64,000 nt of DNA, from positions 2,208,001 to 2,272,000 of the forward strand of contig CAVTRN010000002.1 of the NCBI GenBank assembly GCA_963737155.1. Direction: 5' to 3'. Shown here piece after piece: positions 61,241-64,000 of the stretch. Position 1 is the stretch's first letter, and every line of letters starts with the position of its first letter. This DNA comes from Nitrospirota bacterium (lineage in GTDB: Bacteria; Nitrospirota; UBA9217). The translations under genes and the position numbers were made by a program. The notes beneath the pieces were generated by a model. The model saw nothing but the letters and a program-made list of their open reading frames with translations, did not search any database and was not told where the DNA came from.

Positions 61241-61272
61241 CCACGCCCCGTGGCAGAACCAAGGGGTTCTCA
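61237..61272 (-). mobile_element. orphan IS605-type right-end hairpin overlapping the mrcA stop
   Basis: Plus strand CTGACCACGCCCCGTGGCAGAACCAAGGGGTTCTC resembles TTGACATGTTCCCCGTGGCTAGAGCCAGGAGATCTC at 38181. Confidence 0.6.
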
Positions 61273-61382
61273 ACTGGTCAAGCTTTAATTGTATATTAGC
61301 AACTTTTATGATATATTATATTCAATGGAATATATAAATAAGGGCTAAGCATCAGTAAACTAACAACTTGAGGCCGTAAAAA

Positions 61383-63074
61383 GTGTCAACTAGGAAAAGC
61401 ACCAAAAATAAGAATGGTGGTGGAAAAGACACCCTGTCATTCACTGCAAATATGCTTCTGGATGATCACCCCTACCCGGAAATAAAGACCTCTCTTTATG
61501 CCATCCTCGACGATACGGGCATCTTGTATGGCCGTATAAAGCGGACCCTGTTTAAAGACTGCATTCGCTCCGGCAAAAAAACAACAGAATTAAAGAACGA
61601 ATACCTGTCAACGTACAAGATCACCGCACGGCAGTTCAATGCAATCCGCTATGATCTGGACGGGAATATCAAGGCGGTAGCGGAAATCAACAAGCTCAGG
61701 ACCATGGATCTTGAAGAGAAAATAATATCAGTAAAAAAGTGGATAGCAAACAATGAATCAAGAATACTCAAAATAACGGCTGATGTGGGTATCCCAAACA
61801 CTGAAAAAAAGAACCAGGCAAAAGAGCTTCAGTATCGTGTTGATAATAAGAAACGAAAGCGTGCTTTTTTGGAGCAAAAGCTTTCCAAGCTCAGGGAAGA
61901 TCAGAAAAACGGGCGGGTAAGGATTTGTTTCGGGTCAAACAAGATATTCAGGAAACAATTTTCCCTGGAGGAAAACGGGTACAAAAACCACAATGAATGG
62001 CTTCTGGGCTGGAGAAGGTCTCGCAACAGCACCTTCTTTTGCCTTGGCTCGAAGGACGAATCGGGCGGGAACCAAACGTGCACCCTGAAGTCCGATGGGA
62101 CGATGAGATTAAGGGTCCCTGATTGTATGAAGGACAAATACGGGCAATCTATTATAATTCCCCGCATAAAATATCCCTATGGTCAGGAACATATCGAAAC
62201 GGCCCTTCAGGCCGGAATAGCGATTTCTCACAGGTTTACCAGGGGCGAGAAGGGCTGGTACCTGCACACGACGGTAGATATTCCAAAGGCAAAAAAAGTT
62301 ACTTACAAGCCAAAGGAAATCGGGTCTATCGGAGTGGACGTCAATGAAAAAGAAATCGCGGTTAGCGAGACCGACCGGTACGGGAATTATGTCAGGAGCA
62401 TAACATATCCATCCTGCGTTAAGGATTTGCGTACTGAACAGACAGAAGCAATGTATAGCGATATCTGCCAGTCCATCGTGGACCGGGCAGCCAAGACGGG
62501 AAAACCTATATCCCACGAAGAACTCGATTTTAGCAAGAAGAAAGCTTCCTTAAAAGAGCAGGGCGTTACTTACGCAAGGATGCTTTCCGGTTTCGCCTAC
62601 GGAACCTTCCTCACCCTGCTGGATAGAAGGGCGGCAAAACATGGCGTTTCCGTGCTCCCGGTCAACCCTGCTTTCACCACGACCATAGGGAAATTTAATT
62701 ACGTGGACCGCTATGGTATTACGTCGCATGAAGCTGCGGCGCTGGCCATCGCGAGACGCTCTCAACATTTCAGTGAAAGGCCTGATTCCGCCAGAATCGC
62801 GCCTCCCGTACCTGCAAGGAATCGGGGGGTGCATATCTGGAGCATTTGGAGAAGGCTGAAGACGAGACAGGCGGGCGGTAGCATTAGCCTGACCGGCTCA
62901 AGGCGGTCCTTACAGGACTCCTCAGGTTGCGCTGAACCACAAACGAAATTTACATCAACGAAGACAGCGCAATCCATGCGGCCACCTCTTGCTACAATAA
63001 AGAGTGTGCACCGCCGCATGGGATCCCAATTCAAAAATCACGGGACTTGGGTGAATCAGAGGCATGCGCCCTGA
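61383..63074 (+). CDS. tnpB: long TnpB-related RuvC protein (IS200/IS605 accessory TnpB-related family)
   Basis: RuvC-I SIGVDVN, RuvC-II EELDF, VNPAFTT, HEAAALAIARR; no CxxC zinc finger; GTG start. Confidence 0.85.
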   Translation: MSTRKSTKNKNGGGKDTLSFTANMLLDDHPYPEIKTSLYAILDDTGILYGRIKRTLFKDCIRSGKKTTELKNEYLSTYKITARQFNAIRYDLDGNIKAVAEINKLRTMDLEEKIISVKKWIANNESRILKITADVGIPNTEKKNQAKELQYRVDNKKRKRAFLEQKLSKLREDQKNGRVRICFGSNKIFRKQFSLEENGYKNHNEWLLGWRRSRNSTFFCLGSKDESGGNQTCTLKSDGTMRLRVPDCMKDKYGQSIIIPRIKYPYGQEHIETALQAGIAISHRFTRGEKGWYLHTTVDIPKAKKVTYKPKEIGSIGVDVNEKEIAVSETDRYGNYVRSITYPSCVKDLRTEQTEAMYSDICQSIVDRAAKTGKPISHEELDFSKKKASLKEQGVTYARMLSGFAYGTFLTLLDRRAAKHGVSVLPVNPAFTTTIGKFNYVDRYGITSHEAAALAIARRSQHFSERPDSARIAPPVPARNRGVHIWSIWRRLKTRQAGGSISLTGSRRSLQDSSGCAEPQTKFTSTKTAQSMRPPLATIKSVHRRMGSQFKNHGTWVNQRHAP

Positions 63075-63150
63075 CGTTAACCGGCAGCAGCACTGTTCGG
63101 CTGCCGTCATAGTATATGGAAATAAAATACTATGGTTCCAGGAACGGTTC
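62900..63150 (+). ncRNA. candidate omega-RNA scaffold of the TnpB-related gene (5' boundary is a guess)
   Basis: Consecutive stems CGGCAGC/GCTGCCG (63082-63106) and CATAGTAT/ATACTATG (63108-63134) directly after the stop, ending at CAGGAACGG. Confidence 0.5.
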
Positions 63151-63279
63151 TAATGGCATCTACAGTATGCTTTTTGACGCCAAAAGTGCATTTGCTAATA
63201 TCGGTTGCTGTTGATCCGTCTGAAACCCGAGACTTTTTGTGGAGACAGTTTGAAATTGCGACATAACACCATACAATTA

Positions 63280-63319
63280 TTGACAATACCATATTAATTT
63301 GTTAACCTCAATATTGAGG
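63280..63319 (+). promoter_or_regulatory. sigma70 promoter with overlapping palindrome
   Basis: TTGACA(63280)-N17-TAACCT(63303); perfect palindrome CCTCAATATTGAGG at 63306-63319. Confidence 0.65.
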
Positions 63320-63336
63320 ATATTCTTCCATCCAAC

Positions 63337-64000
63337 ATGAACAATCCGTTCCCCTTCCCGATTCTTGACTGGCTTGTCCCGTCGCGACTCTTTGCCCGCA
63401 TGAGTATTGCAAGCAAAATGCTCCTGGGATACATGACACTTGTGACACTCACTGTCATTGTCGTCATTTACGCACTGGTCAATCTCCAGCGTATCAACAG
63501 CCTGAACCGGAGCATCGTCAAGGTTGACATCATCGTGAAGGAAACTTCGGACAAAATGCTCGACTCTCTTCTCGGCCAGGACATGTACGAAAAACGGTTC
63601 TTGATTCTGAAAAGTCCTGATATGTCATCTCTTTTCGATAAGCGTGGCCGGGAATTTAATGCGTGGCTCGTTGCGTTGCTAGACCTGCCAGACGAGTCGA
63701 ACCTGCCGCTTTCGGAAATCAGTAGGCTGCATACCCAGTATACCAACCTTTTCAGCCAAGAAGTCGAGCTAATCAGGGACAATAATGTGGAAAAAGCCAA
63801 TGCCCTATCGCATGATGAGATGAAAAAAGTTTTGGACGCCATCATGGGTACACTAAAAACTATGTCTTCTGACGCTAAGAGTTCACAGGATAGAAAGGTG
63901 CAGGAGATCAGTGACATCGGACACAAGGCATTCCTTACGACGGCCCTCCTCTGTCTCTTCAGTATTATTGCTGGAGCCGTTGCGGGTCTGGTGGTCACCC
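63337..64000 (+). CDS. membrane sensor protein, probably a HAMP histidine kinase, 5' part only
   Basis: Open frame MNNPF..MSIASKMLLGYMTLVTLTVIVVIYALVNLQRIN.., helical periplasmic region, second TM at the window end. Confidence 0.7.
   Translation, partial: MNNPFPFPILDWLVPSRLFARMSIASKMLLGYMTLVTLTVIVVIYALVNLQRINSLNRSIVKVDIIVKETSDKMLDSLLGQDMYEKRFLILKSPDMSSLFDKRGREFNAWLVALLDLPDESNLPLSEISRLHTQYTNLFSQEVELIRDNNVEKANALSHDEMKKVLDAIMGTLKTMSSDAKSSQDRKVQEISDIGHKAFLTTALLCLFSIIAGAVAGLVVT

Noticed and set aside
61240-63340. CRISPR array or cas genes near the TnpB-like gene (type V system)
   Set aside because: No regularly spaced direct repeats and no cas1/2/4 in either flank.
63468-63998. 176-aa minus-strand ORF
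   Set aside because: Antisense to the partial plus-strand sensor gene, which has a promoter and TM pattern.

Overview
Bacterial chromosomal window of moderate GC. The gene set and order suggest a Nitrospirota or deltaproteobacteria-like anaerobe (inference). Most genes are housekeeping genes on the minus strand: purF/purB, ribE-ribBA-ribH-nusB, rplU-rpmA, relA/spoT, recJ, mobA, mqnA, fur-feoB-ideR, gpmI, lapAB, rlmH-rsfS-nadD-proA-proB-obgE, pilD with a PilS/PilR-like pair, and recG; mrcA is on the plus strand. Accessory blocks are a nosZ-less NosL/ABC/DUF2318 cluster, a TolC-SRPBCC-MacAB-type exporter and a TetR-TolC pair. The most notable layer is not visible in the ORF track. (i) An intact 563-aa TnpB-related RuvC protein with no adjacent transposase (61383-63074) lacks the zinc finger, has His where the RuvC-III Asp is expected, and is followed by a structured omega-RNA-like tail. 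(ii) A decayed paralog of it lies at about 6.4 kb. (iii) Six IS200/IS605 end remnants or mini-elements lie in intergenic spacers, all in the same orientation. Other unannotated signals are a MotB/OmpA pseudogene, an RND permease tail, a 114-bp MITE, a Fur box and four probable leaderless genes. I saw no rRNA, tRNA or CRISPR array. All family calls are from motif recognition by eye, not database searches.
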